From the NCBI GenBank assembly GCA_900320765.1, contig ONTN01000001.1:1-31273 (forward strand): a DNA stretch of 31,273 nucleotides, read 5' to 3'. Source of the DNA: an uncultured Eubacteriales bacterium (lineage in GTDB: Bacteria; Bacillota; Clostridia; Oscillospirales; Oscillospiraceae). The translations under genes were made by a program, and so were the position numbers. Shown here in pieces: positions 10,797-23,024 of the stretch; the first letter of the stretch is position 1, and every line of letters starts with the position of its first letter. Below the pieces are notes generated by a model. The model was given only the letters and a program-made list of their open reading frames with translations, ran no database searches and had not been told where the DNA came from.

Positions 10797-12191
10797 TTAA
10801 AACTCCGCGTTTCCAACCGTGCGCGGATGGAGCTCCACGTCGCGGATATTCGTTACGCCCGTGAGGTACATAACCATGCGCTCGAAGCCGAGGCCGAAGC
10901 CCGCGTGGCGGCAGGAGCCGTAACGGCGGAGATCGAGGTACCACCAGTAGTCATCCTTATTGAGCCCGAGCTCATCCATTCTGCGCTCGAGGACTTCAAT
11001 CCTCTCCTCGCGCTGGCTGCCGCCGATAATCTCGCCTATGCCGGGCACGAGGCAGTCGGACGCGGCGACGGTCTTCCCATCGTCGTTGAGGCGCATATAG
11101 AAGGCCTTTATATCCTTCGGATAGTCGGTCACGAACACGGGGCGCTTGAACACGGTCTCCGCGAGATATCTCTCGTGCTCGGTCTGGATATCGCTGCCCC
11201 ACTCTACGGGGTAGTCGAATTTATCGTTGTTCTTCTTAAGAAGCTCGATGGCGTCGGTATAGGAGATGCGGCCGAACTCGCTGGACGCGACGTTTATAAG
11301 CCTATCCTTGAGTCCCTTGTCCACGAAGCTGTTGAAGAAGTCCATCTCCATCGGGCAATGCTCCAATACGTAGTTGATGATATACTTGAGCATAGCCTCC
11401 ATGCACTCGAGGTCGTCGTCAAGGTCTGCAAAGGCCATCTCGGGCTCGATCATCCAGAACTCGGCGGCGTGGCGCTGGGTGTTGGAATTCTCGGCGCGGA
11501 AGGTCGGGCCGAAGGTGTAGACATCGCCGAAGGCGAGAGCGAAGTTCTCGGCGTTGAGCTGACCGGAGACCGTGAGGTTCGTGGCCTTTCCGAAGAAATC
11601 CTTGGAGTAGTCTATGCTGCCGTCCTCATTCCGCGGGGGATCGGCGGGGTCAATGGTGGTGACGCGGAACATCTCGCCTGCGCCTTCCGCGTCCGACCCG
11701 GTGATTATCGGGGTGTGGATATACACGAAGCCCCTATCGCGGAAGAACTCGTGGATGGCCTGAGCCGCCGCCGCGCGGACGCGGAAGGTGGCGGAGAAGA
11801 GATTCGTTCTCGGGCGGAGATGCTGTATCGTGCGCAGAAACTCAACGCTGTGGCGCTTCGGCTGAAGGGGATAGTTCGGACTCGATACGCCCTCCACCTC
11901 GATCTTTTTCGCCTTCAGCTCGAAGGGCTGCTTTGCCCCGGGGGTCAGCACAAGTATTCCCGTGACGATGAGGGCGGCGCCGACGTTCTGACGGGCGATC
12001 TCATCGTAGTTCTCAAGGGTCTCCCTCTCGAAAACCACCTGCACGGGCTTGAAGGCGCTGCCGTCGTTCAGCTCGATAAAGCCGAAGCTCTTCTGATCGC
12101 GGATATTGCGAGCCCAGCCCATAACGGTGATCTCTTGATCGGCAAACTGCGCCGGATCCTCGTAAAGCTTGATTATTTTGGTCCTTTTCAT
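10797..12191 (-). CDS. asnS: Asparagine--tRNA ligase
   Basis: OB-fold N-terminus ([21 protein letters not shown]), [49 protein letters not shown] and [10 protein letters not shown]. Confidence 0.97.
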   Translation of the reverse strand: MKRTKIIKLYEDPAQFADQEITVMGWARNIRDQKSFGFIELNDGSAFKPVQVVFERETLENYDEIARQNVGAALIVTGILVLTPGAKQPFELKAKKIEVEGVSSPNYPLQPKRHSVEFLRTIQHLRPRTNLFSATFRVRAAAAQAIHEFFRDRGFVYIHTPIITGSDAEGAGEMFRVTTIDPADPPRNEDGSIDYSKDFFGKATNLTVSGQLNAENFALAFGDVYTFGPTFRAENSNTQRHAAEFWMIEPEMAFADLDDDLECMEAMLKYIINYVLEHCPMEMDFFNSFVDKGLKDRLINVASSEFGRISYTDAIELLKKNNDKFDYPVEWGSDIQTEHERYLAETVFKRPVFVTDYPKDIKAFYMRLNDDGKTVAASDCLVPGIGEIIGGSQREERIEVLERRMDELGLNKDDYWWYLDLRRYGSCRHAGFGLGFERMVMYLTGVTNIRDVELHPRTVGNAEF

Positions 12192-12211
12192 TATGCCATC
12201 ATCCTTTTCGG

Positions 12212-12952
12212 TTAATTTCTCACCAATATTTCCTCACGGATAGCTCCGTATCCCTCGGAATAATTTACGAGGTCGGAGCTCTTTACTATTCTGCCAATCG
12301 CTATCGAGACCTTTCCGCTCTCGACCATATAGACGAGCTTACCGGCCTCGACCGCGCGAAGCTCAGCGTTTACTCCCAGCTTCTCGCAGATGAGCCGGGC
12401 GAGGGTTATCTCCGTTCCGTAAAGCTCTCCGTCCTCGCCGGTATACGCATATGGATACAGGTCCGGGCAAACCGCCACGGTAAGGTATATATCGCCGGTG
12501 AGCTCAACGTCTTCGGCGTCCTCAAGCCTGTCGATACGGCCGGACTTCTTAAGCTCCGAAAGAGCGGAATTGACGTTTTTAAGAAGCGTCTCGTTCTCCT
12601 GTGAGACCGCGATATAAAACTCGCCCTCGTAAAGCGGCTCGGAAAGCTTTTTCGCGCCCCCGTAGCTGAGGAGAGTGCCCGTGTCGACCGCGTCGCAGAC
12701 GACGGCGTCGATGCGCCCCTTCTTGAGCTCATCCATCAGCTCAGCTCCCGATTGGCAGCGGCGGACGGACACGTTCTTCATATTATCAAGAAATCCCTCG
12801 GCGGCGGTGTCGGAAAGCACACCGACCGTTCTGCCCGACAGATCCTCCGGGGCGTAGACCTTATTCGGTACGCTTGAACCCGAGCAGGCGCTCAAAAGCG
12901 CCGAGATTATTAAAAGAGCGGCAATGGCTCTGAGTTTAAAAAGCATCTTCAT
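12212..12952 (-). CDS. Polar amino-acid ABC transporter substrate-binding lipoprotein (family 3), circularly permuted
   Basis: Lipobox LLSAC. The [10 protein letters not shown]...GRIDAVVCD...ELKKSG half precedes the [14 protein letters not shown]...[14 protein letters not shown] half. The start may be 12946. Confidence 0.8.
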   Translation of the reverse strand: MKMLFKLRAIAALLIISALLSACSGSSVPNKVYAPEDLSGRTVGVLSDTAAEGFLDNMKNVSVRRCQSGAELMDELKKGRIDAVVCDAVDTGTLLSYGGAKKLSEPLYEGEFYIAVSQENETLLKNVNSALSELKKSGRIDRLEDAEDVELTGDIYLTVAVCPDLYPYAYTGEDGELYGTEITLARLICEKLGVNAELRAVEAGKLVYMVESGKVSIAIGRIVKSSDLVNYSEGYGAIREEILVRN

Positions 12953-12990
12953 ATATGTAAAACCTGCTGACTGAAAAATGACAGATATAT

Positions 12991-13019
12991 ATTTTATTAT
13001 AAATCGCCGTTTTTATCAA
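12991..13019 (-). promoter_or_regulatory. Sigma-A promoter of the SBP-asnS-AAA ATPase unit
   Basis: On the minus strand: TTGATA (13019-13014), 17 bp, then TAAAAT (12996-12991). Confidence 0.6.
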
Positions 13020-13034
13020 CAGGTTTTTTTAATT

Positions 13035-15035
13035 TTACAGGTTCAATTTGCTTTTCAGCGCCGAAATTGCCTCATCGCAGGCGGATTTCGACTCCGCCTC
13101 CGCCGTTATTCGGAGTTCGCCCTCGTTTCTTCCGGGGATAACTCTAAGCTTTGCCCCCAGCTCGGATAGCAGGAGGCCGGGCTCCGATTCCTCGGCGGCC
13201 TCGACAGAGAAGCGTTCGCTTATCTCGCGCATAAGCCCGGCTCGAGGCCTCCCGGTTATGAGCTGAACGTCCTCTCTGTGGTAATCGGGAAGCTCGTCAA
13301 TAAGCTCGGCAAGGGTCTTGCCCTCCCGCCTCATTCTGAGGACTGTTACGGCGGCCGCTCCGGCGGCGTCTGCCTCACGCCCGGCGATCATGGCAAGGTG
13401 GGCGCTGTCAGCCCTTCTTCCCTTTTCGTCCACGCAGGAGAGCTCAAAGCCGCCCTCCGCGGCGGTAAAGTCCGGTATTCCCGCAGATCTGTCGGTCACT
13501 CTGCAGCCGGAAAGGGCGAGCACCTTTTTGAGCGTTCTGTTCTCCTCCCCCGCTCCGCTGACGGATACCTTAAGGTCGAAGAAGTCGCAGGCTCTCGGCC
13601 TGACGCTCTCGGAAAGGTACTGCCTCTCAGTTCCCCTGACGATGGCGGGAAAGCCTGTTTTTCCGCCTTCGCTCGCCTCACGCTTTCCCCTGACGGCGGC
13701 CGCCACCTCCCGCTCGAGCCTGTCGGAGGCCGGGCTCCCGCTCTGAGAGAAGAAGCTGAGCTCAAGTGAGCCTGCGCTCTCCCGCACAAAAACGGATGCT
13801 GCGAAGTCAAGCCTTTCCGCCGTCCGTCTCAGAGACGCCTCAAAGGGATCGTCCGTTACGAAGGCCGCTCCGCCGCTCTCCCGCGCCCCTGCCGATACCG
13901 CGTCGGCGCAGGCGAAGGCGGCGTTGCCGCCGCAGCTTCCTATCCCCGTTCTGCCCATTGCCCCGAGGGCACGGCCTATTCTAAGGCATACCTCGGCGTC
14001 TATCTCAGAGGGATACTTGCCCCTCATCCTGCCGCGCTCGTAAAATTCCGGAACGCTTTTTATGAAAGAGCCGCGGTCGTCCGTCACGATCTCTCCGGCC
14101 CTGACCCTCGTTCTCGCGCTTATCCTGACGTTCTCAGCGAGGACGGCCCCGTCGCCGATAACGGCGTCTTCTCCGACTACCGTCCCGCTTTTTAAAACGG
14201 CTCCCGCGCCGATCCTCGCCCCGGGCATAACGACGGCCTTATCGAGCCTCGCTCCCGGTCCGATCTTTGCTCCGAAGGTAACGCTTCCGGGATATCTCTC
14301 CTCGGGCTCCGCGCCCTCAAGGCTGAGCTTTCCCGAGACGACGTCCATACAGCATTGGCGGTACGCCTCGGGAGAGCCGATATCGCGCCAGTATCCCTCC
14401 ATCGGAAGGCCGCGCATATCGAGCCCCGCAGCGAGTAAGACCGGAAACAGCTCCTTGCCGAAGTCGTAGCTCTCCCCGTCCGGTATCATATCCACCGCCT
14501 CTTTGGAGAGAACGTAGATACCGGTGTTGACCCGGTCGGTAACGACCCTGTCCCAGGAGGGCTTTTCCCTGAAGCCCCTTATTCTTCCGTTCTCCCCGAG
14601 CACCACCGTTCCGTACTCCGTAGGCTCGTTATGCTCGTATAGTGCGAGGGTCGCCGCGGCTCCGCTCTCCGAGTGGAAGCGAATAAGCTTTGTAAGGTCA
14701 AGGTCCCAGACCGCGTCGCCGCTCATAATAAGGACTGGCTCGTCCCCGTAAAAGCCCCGCAGCGCCCTCACTCCGCCGGCCGTGCCGAGCGGTTCTTTTT
14801 CCGTGAGGTACTCTATCGTGGCTCCGAATCGCTCGCCGGCGCCGAAATAGTCCTTTATCATATCCGGAAGATAGCGCAGAGTCATTGAAAGCTCGGTTAT
14901 ACCGAGCTTAACGAGCTTTTTTACCGTATATTCAAGCACCGGCTTGGAGTAGATCTCCGTCATCGGCTTCGGTCGCCGGTCGGTTATAGGGCGAAGGCGG
15001 GTGCCCTCGCCGCCTGCCATTATTATCGCTTTCAT
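13035..15035 (-). CDS. Sugar-phosphate nucleotidyltransferase (mannose-1-P guanylyltransferase-like) with hexapeptide repeats and a degenerate phosphomannomutase-like C-terminal region
   Basis: MKAIIMAGGEGTRLRP...PKP, EPLGTAGGV, SGDA, FREKP, NTGIY, YWRDIGS and a left-handed beta-helix repeat. The C-terminus is mutase-like but lacks SHNP and DGDxDR motifs. Confidence 0.85.
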   Translation of the reverse strand: MKAIIMAGGEGTRLRPITDRRPKPMTEIYSKPVLEYTVKKLVKLGITELSMTLRYLPDMIKDYFGAGERFGATIEYLTEKEPLGTAGGVRALRGFYGDEPVLIMSGDAVWDLDLTKLIRFHSESGAAATLALYEHNEPTEYGTVVLGENGRIRGFREKPSWDRVVTDRVNTGIYVLSKEAVDMIPDGESYDFGKELFPVLLAAGLDMRGLPMEGYWRDIGSPEAYRQCCMDVVSGKLSLEGAEPEERYPGSVTFGAKIGPGARLDKAVVMPGARIGAGAVLKSGTVVGEDAVIGDGAVLAENVRISARTRVRAGEIVTDDRGSFIKSVPEFYERGRMRGKYPSEIDAEVCLRIGRALGAMGRTGIGSCGGNAAFACADAVSAGARESGGAAFVTDDPFEASLRRTAERLDFAASVFVRESAGSLELSFFSQSGSPASDRLEREVAAAVRGKREASEGGKTGFPAIVRGTERQYLSESVRPRACDFFDLKVSVSGAGEENRTLKKVLALSGCRVTDRSAGIPDFTAAEGGFELSCVDEKGRRADSAHLAMIAGREADAAGAAAVTVLRMRREGKTLAELIDELPDYHREDVQLITGRPRAGLMREISERFSVEAAEESEPGLLLSELGAKLRVIPGRNEGELRITAEAESKSACDEAISALKSKLNL

Positions 15036-15104
15036 ACTTCTTCTCCGAAATGAATGATTCCGGAGCTATTTTTTGCGGAAACAGTTTTTTTATTAAAGAA
15101 CGTA

Positions 15105-15133
15105 TTGAGAAAAACGTGGAAAAATGCTATAAT
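15105..15133 (+). promoter_or_regulatory. Sigma-A promoter of the gdpP operon
   Basis: TTGAGA (15105-15110), 17 bp, then TATAAT (15128-15133) with an extended TGn. Confidence 0.75.
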
Positions 15134-15182
15134 AATTAAAATCTGATATTATTGCCTTATGCAAAGCGAAGGGGTGTATGAT

Positions 15183-17210
15183 TTGAACCGTCTTATTAAA
15201 CAGGTTTTCGGAACTTCGACCAGGCTTTTCTTCCTTGTTCTTATACTATTTGCAGTTGCGACCTTCTTTTTCGGTCAGTACACTCTTGAGCTTGCGGCGA
15301 TCGAGCTCGGCGCCGCCGTTCTGCTTTACGTCTACTCCCGAATAGCAGGACGCCGCCGCGGCAAGGAGATGGTGCAGTATATAGAGTCCGTCACGAGCAA
15401 CATCGACTCTGCGACGAAGAATACTCTCACGAACTTCCCGCTTCCGATGGCGATATTCACTCTTAATCAGAACGAGCTCATCTACGCGAACGACAGCTTC
15501 CTTGCCATCGCAGGCGAAAAGGAGCACTCCTTCTCCCTCAGCGTGAATGATATCCTGCCGGGCTTTTCCACCCGCTGGCTTATGGAGGGAAAGAACGAGC
15601 ATCCCGGCCTCGTCAGCCTCGGAGATATGCGTTTCCGCGTCTTCGGTTCGCTTATTCGCGGAAGTGAGGCGCCCGGCGTAAAAAATTATGTCGCCACGAC
15701 CTACTGGGTCGACGAGACAGCGTACGCCGAGCTCTCCGACGAGTTCGAGCACACCCGCATGGTCTTCTCCACGATAATGCTCGATAACTACGACGAGATA
15801 CTGAACGGCCTTGCCGAGAAGGATAAATCCCAGCTCATCGCTGCGATAGACGAGATCATAGTCAACTGGACCTCGAAATATAACGGCTACCTTACCCGCT
15901 CGGACAGAGACAGGTACATCTTCATCTGCGAATCCCGCTATCTTGACGAGATAATCGCCTCTAAATTCGAGCTTCTCGATCTCGTCCGCGCGCTTATAAG
16001 CCCGAAGGGTATGCATCCGACCCTCTCGATCGGCATCGGCAAGGACGGAAAGGATATCGGCGAGAGCTGCCACTTCTCCGCCCTCGCGCTTGAGATGAGC
16101 CTTTCGAGAGGCGGCGACCAGGCGGTCATAAAGAATAAATACACCTTTGAGTTCTTCGGCGGCAAAACGAGCCAGGCCGAAAAGCGCACCAAGGTCAAGT
16201 CGAGAGTTATGGCCTCGAGCCTCTCGGAGCTTATGCGCGACGCTACGAAGGTCTTTATCATGGGGCATAAGCACTCCGACCTCGACGCAATCGGCTCGGC
16301 CATCGGCCTGTGCTGCGCGGCAAGAGTGATGGGCAAAAAGCCGAAGGTCGTAGTCGATTACCAGAGCTCAATGGCAAAGGAGCTTATTGACAAGGTCAAG
16401 GTTCTCCCGGAATATCAAGACGTTTTCATCAGTCCGCAGGACGCCATACTCGCCGTTGACGGCGGCAGCCTTCTGATAGTCGTCGATACGAACAGGCCGG
16501 AGCAGGTCGAGAGCGAAAACCTCCTCCTCAGCGTAAACCGCGTGGCCGTTATCGACCACCACAGGCGTGCGGCAACCTACATTCAGAACGCCGCTCTCTC
16601 CCTCCACGAGCCTTACGCCTCTTCCGCCTGCGAGCTTGTGACCGAGCTATTGCAGTATATGGTCGAGCAGTCGGATATCCTGCGCTGCGAGGCAGAGGCT
16701 CTTATGAGCGGAATCGTGCTCGATACGAAGAACTTTACACTTCGCACCGGCGGCAGGACCTTCGACGCGGCCGCCTTCCTGAGAAGAGCCGGAGCTGACA
16801 CGAGCGACGTAAAGCGACTCCTGCAGTCGGATATCCAGACCGCCAAGGCGAGATACGCCATCGTGCAGAAGGCTAAGCTTTACAAGGCCGGGATAGCGAT
16901 AGCCGCTCCGGAATCCGCGGAAAACCGCGTTATCGCCGCCCAGGCGGCGGACGAGCTTCTGAATATCGCCGGAATAAACGCAAGCTTTGTCGTCTTCCCC
17001 TCGGAAACCTCGATAGACATCTCAGCCCGAAGCATCGGCGATATAAACGTTCAGGTCATACTTGAAAAGCTCGGCGGCGGTGGGAACAAGAATCAGGCCG
17101 GGGCCCAGATAAAAGAAAAGACCCAGAAGGACGTCGTGCGCGACCTCGTTACTGCAATCGACGCCTATCTGGAGGATAACTCCATTCAGGAGCCCGAACA
17201 GGATAAATAA
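15183..17210 (+). CDS. gdpP: Cyclic-di-AMP phosphodiesterase GdpP (TM-PAS-degenerate GGDEF-DHH/DHHA1)
   Basis: Two N-terminal TM helices, [40 protein letters not shown] and SARS...LGGGG. It lies upstream of rplI-dnaB. TTG at 15183 has an RBS; the ORF track start of 15159 is the alternative. Confidence 0.92.
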   Translation: MNRLIKQVFGTSTRLFFLVLILFAVATFFFGQYTLELAAIELGAAVLLYVYSRIAGRRRGKEMVQYIESVTSNIDSATKNTLTNFPLPMAIFTLNQNELIYANDSFLAIAGEKEHSFSLSVNDILPGFSTRWLMEGKNEHPGLVSLGDMRFRVFGSLIRGSEAPGVKNYVATTYWVDETAYAELSDEFEHTRMVFSTIMLDNYDEILNGLAEKDKSQLIAAIDEIIVNWTSKYNGYLTRSDRDRYIFICESRYLDEIIASKFELLDLVRALISPKGMHPTLSIGIGKDGKDIGESCHFSALALEMSLSRGGDQAVIKNKYTFEFFGGKTSQAEKRTKVKSRVMASSLSELMRDATKVFIMGHKHSDLDAIGSAIGLCCAARVMGKKPKVVVDYQSSMAKELIDKVKVLPEYQDVFISPQDAILAVDGGSLLIVVDTNRPEQVESENLLLSVNRVAVIDHHRRAATYIQNAALSLHEPYASSACELVTELLQYMVEQSDILRCEAEALMSGIVLDTKNFTLRTGGRTFDAAAFLRRAGADTSDVKRLLQSDIQTAKARYAIVQKAKLYKAGIAIAAPESAENRVIAAQAADELLNIAGINASFVVFPSETSIDISARSIGDINVQVILEKLGGGGNKNQAGAQIKEKTQKDVVRDLVTAIDAYLEDNSIQEPEQDK

Positions 17211-17233
17211 TCATACGGAAAGGAAATATAAAA

Positions 17234-17680
17234 ATGAAAGTCATACTTCAGCAGGACGTTAAGGATCACGGCAAGAAGGGCGCAATAGTAAACGTTTCTG
17301 ACGGATACGCGAGAAACTACCTCTTCCCCCGCGGGCTCGCGATAGCCGCTACGGCCGATAATCTCAACACAATCAAGCAGCAGGAGAAGCAGAAGGCCCG
17401 CCAGATGGAGCTTGAGAAGGCGGAAGCGAACGAAACAAAGACCCGCCTTGAGGGCGTTCTCGTAAAGATCCCCGCCTCCGCCGGGAAAAACGGCAAGCTC
17501 TTCGGCTCGATAACCACGAAGGAGATATCCGAAGAGCTCAAGCGCCAGCACGGAATATCCATCGACTCAAAGCGCATAATCCTCGCGGACCCGATCAAGA
17601 CCTTCGGCTCCTACGAGGTAAAGGCCAAGCTCGGCTATGAGATCAGCGGAACGATAAACGTTCTTATTTCGGAGAAATAA
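17234..17680 (+). CDS. rplI: 50S ribosomal protein L9
   Basis: [29 protein letters not shown] and GKLFGSIT. Confidence 0.98.
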   Translation: MKVILQQDVKDHGKKGAIVNVSDGYARNYLFPRGLAIAATADNLNTIKQQEKQKARQMELEKAEANETKTRLEGVLVKIPASAGKNGKLFGSITTKEISEELKRQHGISIDSKRIILADPIKTFGSYEVKAKLGYEISGTINVLISEK

Positions 17681-17716
17681 CAATCCCGCTCAGGAAACGA
17701 AAAGGATGTGAATCAA

Positions 17717-19063
17717 ATGCCGAATGAAGAGCTGGCCTTCCGGCAGATGCCGCACTCCGTAGAGGCGGAGCAGGCCGTTCTCGGCTCAATCCTCATCGAC
17801 CCGCGCTGCGTTGCCGACGTTATCGGAGTACTCAGAGCGGACGAGTTCTACGTTGAGGCGAATAAAAACATATTCGAGACCGTGTTCTCGATGTTCAATT
17901 ATTCCCAGAAGATCGACGCCGTCACCGTGCTGAACGAGCTTCGCAGCAGGGGCTACGCGAACGAGGGCAGCCGCGACTATCTTATGCGGCTGATGGAGAT
18001 AACCCCTACCGCGGCAAACGTGATGGAGTACGCCGCGATAATCAAGGACAAGGCTCTTCTCCGCAGCGTGGCAGACGCCGGCTCGGAGATAAGCGCCCTT
18101 GCGCTTGAGGCGGGCGGCGACGGGCAGACCGTTCTTGACTCCGCCGAGCAGAAGGTTTACGCCATCCGTCAAGGCAGGACGGTAGGCGGGCTCGAGCCGG
18201 TCAAGAAAGTGCTCGTAGACGTATATACGAAGCTCAACGAGGCCGCGAAAAGTGGGGCGAGGATACCGGGCATGAGCACCGGCCTTCCCGACGTGGACAC
18301 GGCGATAATGGGACTTAATAACTCCGACCTTATCATAATCGCCTCCCGCCCCGGTATGGGAAAGACGACGATAGCCCTGAATATGGCGCTGCACGTCGCC
18401 AAGACGAGCGGCAAGACCGTCGCCGTCTTCTCTCTCGAGATGAGCCGCGAGCAGCTCTGCACGAGGCTTCTGGCGAGTGAGAGCTTTGTCGATCTCAAAA
18501 AGCTTCAGACCGGGCAGCTAAGCGAGGAGGAGTGGCGAAAGATCGCTGCTGCGACCGCCTCGATCGGGGCTACCGATATGCGGTTTGACGATAATCCTAC
18601 GGTCTCCGTCGCTGATATGAACGCGGCCTGCCGCCGCGTGCCGAATCTCGGCCTCGTCGTGATAGACTACCTTCAGCTAATGCAGTCTGCGGGCGGCAGA
18701 TCGGGATATACGAACGAGAGCCGCACCCAGGCCGTCAGCGATATCAGCCGTATGCTCAAGATAATGGCAAAGGAGCTGAACGTACCCGTGATCTGCCTTT
18801 CACAGCTCAACCGCGCGAACGAGGGCCGTCAGAACAAGCGCCCGATGCTCTCCGACCTGCGCGAGTCGGGAGCTATTGAGCAGGACGCCGATATAATTCT
18901 CGGCCTTTACCGCGACGATTACTACAACAACGAGACGGAGACGCCGAACGTAGCCGAGTGCATCATTCTTAAAAACAGGCGCGGCGAGACCGGAACGGTC
19001 GAGCTTCGCTTTCTGCCGGAATACTCCGCGTTCTCCTCGATAGACAGAAGGCACGAGGAATGA
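17717..19063 (+). CDS. dnaB: Replicative DNA helicase
   Basis: PHSVEAEQAVLG, ASRPGMGKT, FSLEMS, VIDYLQLM, LSQLNR, RPMLSDLRESGAIEQDAD and KNRRGETG. No intein. The start is 17717 (ATG) or 17708 (GTG). Confidence 0.97.
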   Translation: MPNEELAFRQMPHSVEAEQAVLGSILIDPRCVADVIGVLRADEFYVEANKNIFETVFSMFNYSQKIDAVTVLNELRSRGYANEGSRDYLMRLMEITPTAANVMEYAAIIKDKALLRSVADAGSEISALALEAGGDGQTVLDSAEQKVYAIRQGRTVGGLEPVKKVLVDVYTKLNEAAKSGARIPGMSTGLPDVDTAIMGLNNSDLIIIASRPGMGKTTIALNMALHVAKTSGKTVAVFSLEMSREQLCTRLLASESFVDLKKLQTGQLSEEEWRKIAAATASIGATDMRFDDNPTVSVADMNAACRRVPNLGLVVIDYLQLMQSAGGRSGYTNESRTQAVSDISRMLKIMAKELNVPVICLSQLNRANEGRQNKRPMLSDLRESGAIEQDADIILGLYRDDYYNNETETPNVAECIILKNRRGETGTVELRFLPEYSAFSSIDRRHEE

Positions 19064-20394
19064 CGGTTTTCTCATCCGGCGTGCTATCCGCCATCCGCGA
19101 ATTCAATATGATACAGCCCGGCGACCGGGTGCTCGTATGCCTCTCGGGCGGGGCAGACAGCGTCTGCCTCCTCTCGGTGCTCTCTGAGCTTAGCGACAAG
19201 CTCGGCATTGAGCTATTCGCCGCTCATTATAACCACAGGCTGCGCGGGTCTGAGTCCGACGGAGACGAGGAGTTTTGCTTAAGCCTCTGCCGCGGGCTCG
19301 GCATTCCCCTTTATATCGGCTCGGGCGATGTGCGCTCTGAGGCAGAAAGGCTGTCGCAGGGAATCGAAGAATGTGCCCGAGATATGCGCTACGCCTTTTT
19401 TTACGAGACCGCCGCAGCCCTCGGAGGCGCCAAAATAGCAACAGCGCATAACGCCGAGGATAATCTCGAGACCGTGCTAATGCGTGTAGCGAGAGGCACG
19501 GGGCTGAAGGGGCTTTGCGGCATACCGCCGGTGCGCGGGGATATAATAAGGCCGCTTCTCTACACAAAGCGCGCTGATATTGAGGCTTACCTCAGGGTGA
19601 ACGGCATACCGCACCGGGAGGACAGCTCAAACGGGACTGACGACTACTTCAGAAACACGATAAGGCACAGGGCGATCCCCGCTCTGAGGGCGTCGTCCGC
19701 CGATCCCGCCGCCTCAGCGGCGAATATGACGAGGCTTCTCCGGGAGGACGAGAGCTTTCTCGATTCGCTGAGTGAGAAATATTTAGCTGAGCACCCGACC
19801 CTCTCCGCCTCGGAGCTTTCCTCTCAGCCCTTCTCCCTATCCTCGAGGGTCATAAGAAAGGCCGCGGGCTCCGAGCTCAGTTTCGCGCACGTTGAGGCCG
19901 TGCTCGAGCTTCTGAAAAGCCCCGACCCGTCCGCAAGTCTCGACCTTCCGGGGCTTACGGTCAGGCGAGAATACGACAGGCTCATATTCGGGCAGGCGGA
20001 GAGCGTCGCCTTCGAGCCCTTTGCGATCTCGCCGGGCGAAGAGCGTGAGATACCCGAGGCGGGTCTCAAAGCTCGAGCCGAGCTCATTGAGAGCGCAGGG
20101 GAAATTCACAAATCTTTTACGGATTTGGTATTCAAAAGCGAATGTGTTTGTGGTAATATGCTCATTAGACCCAGAAAAACGGGTGATTTTATCCGGCTTT
20201 CCTCAGGATCAGGGCAAAAAAGTCTCAAAAAGCTCTTTATTGACCGAAAAATTCCCGCTCATCTCCGCGCCTCCGTGCCCGTCATATGCGACGACGCCGG
20301 CGTTCTCGGAGTTTACGGGATCGGAACGGACGTCCGCTCCCGGGTGGAAAAAGGCGACAGAGTAATAAAAATCTCATTTGAGGATATAAAATAG
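19060..20394 (+). CDS. tilS: tRNA(Ile)-lysidine synthetase
   Basis: PP-loop CLSGGADSV, HYNHRLRG, ARDMRY, TAHNAEDNLET and IIRPLL, plus a TilS C-terminal domain. It overlaps the dnaB stop (ATGA). Confidence 0.96.
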   Translation: MTVFSSGVLSAIREFNMIQPGDRVLVCLSGGADSVCLLSVLSELSDKLGIELFAAHYNHRLRGSESDGDEEFCLSLCRGLGIPLYIGSGDVRSEAERLSQGIEECARDMRYAFFYETAAALGGAKIATAHNAEDNLETVLMRVARGTGLKGLCGIPPVRGDIIRPLLYTKRADIEAYLRVNGIPHREDSSNGTDDYFRNTIRHRAIPALRASSADPAASAANMTRLLREDESFLDSLSEKYLAEHPTLSASELSSQPFSLSSRVIRKAAGSELSFAHVEAVLELLKSPDPSASLDLPGLTVRREYDRLIFGQAESVAFEPFAISPGEEREIPEAGLKARAELIESAGEIHKSFTDLVFKSECVCGNMLIRPRKTGDFIRLSSGSGQKSLKKLFIDRKIPAHLRASVPVICDDAGVLGVYGIGTDVRSRVEKGDRVIKISFEDIK

Positions 20395-20410
20395 CCGAGG
20401 AGACTCAGAT

Positions 20411-20950
20411 ATGATTGAAAACGATATTGAGCGAATTTTTTTCTCTGAGGAAGAGATAAGAGAGAGAGTTAAGGCTCTCGGCGCGGAGATAACCCGCGAC
20501 TATATGGACAAAAAGCCGATGATGGTAGGAGTGCTCAAGGGCTCCTTCGTATTTATGGCCGACCTCGTCCGCGCGGTGAACACATATTGCGACATAGATT
20601 TTATGGCTGTCTCGTCATACGGGAACGGGACGAGCACGACGGGCGCCGTCAGCATCCGAAAGGATCTGAGCCACGATATTGCCGGAAGGCACGTAATAAT
20701 CATCGAGGATATTCTCGATTCCGGAGTTACCCTCTCCTATCTCAAGGGGTATCTTATGAACAGGCAGCCGGCCTCGATATCCATCTGCACTCTCCTCGAT
20801 AAGCCGAGCCGCCGCAAGTCCGACATCAAGGCCGACTACGTCGGCTTCCTCTGTCCCGACGCCTTCATCGTTGGGTACGGCCTCGACTACGCCGAGGATT
20901 ACCGCAATCTCCCGTATATCGGCGTTCTGAAGCCCGAGATTTACGAATAA
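20411..20950 (+). CDS. hpt: Hypoxanthine phosphoribosyltransferase
   Basis: VGVLKGSFVFMADL, PRPP-binding IIEDILDSGVTL and FIVGYGLDY. Confidence 0.97.
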   Translation: MIENDIERIFFSEEEIRERVKALGAEITRDYMDKKPMMVGVLKGSFVFMADLVRAVNTYCDIDFMAVSSYGNGTSTTGAVSIRKDLSHDIAGRHVIIIEDILDSGVTLSYLKGYLMNRQPASISICTLLDKPSRRKSDIKADYVGFLCPDAFIVGYGLDYAEDYRNLPYIGVLKPEIYE

Positions 20951-20995
20951 ACGAAAAAGCTCCCGCATTTGCGGAAGTGAAAAGGAAGTGAGCTC

Positions 20996-22985
<1,990 letters not shown>

Positions 22986-22987
<2 letters not shown>

Positions 22988-23023
22988 ATAACGGACGCCG
23001 TTTTTGAACGGCGTCCGTTATTC
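22986..23023. terminator. Long hairpin between the convergent ftsH and kinase genes
   Basis: Perfect 17-bp inverted repeat GAATAACGGACGCCGTT-tttg-AACGGCGTCCGTTATTC. Confidence 0.7.
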
Positions 23024-23024
23024 G

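Noticed and set aside
12192-12211. T-box riboswitch upstream of asnS
   Set aside because: Only 20 bp separate asnS from the upstream gene, and no T-box motif was seen upstream of the operon.
10827-12215. 462-aa plus-strand ORF opposite asnS (similarly 21518-22843 opposite ftsH, 24302-25372 opposite gap, 7812-8786 opposite the recombinase, 26178-27692, 15246-16274)
   Set aside because: These are antisense shadows of strongly codon-biased real genes. They have no recognisable motifs or RBS, and are expected in GC-rich coding DNA.
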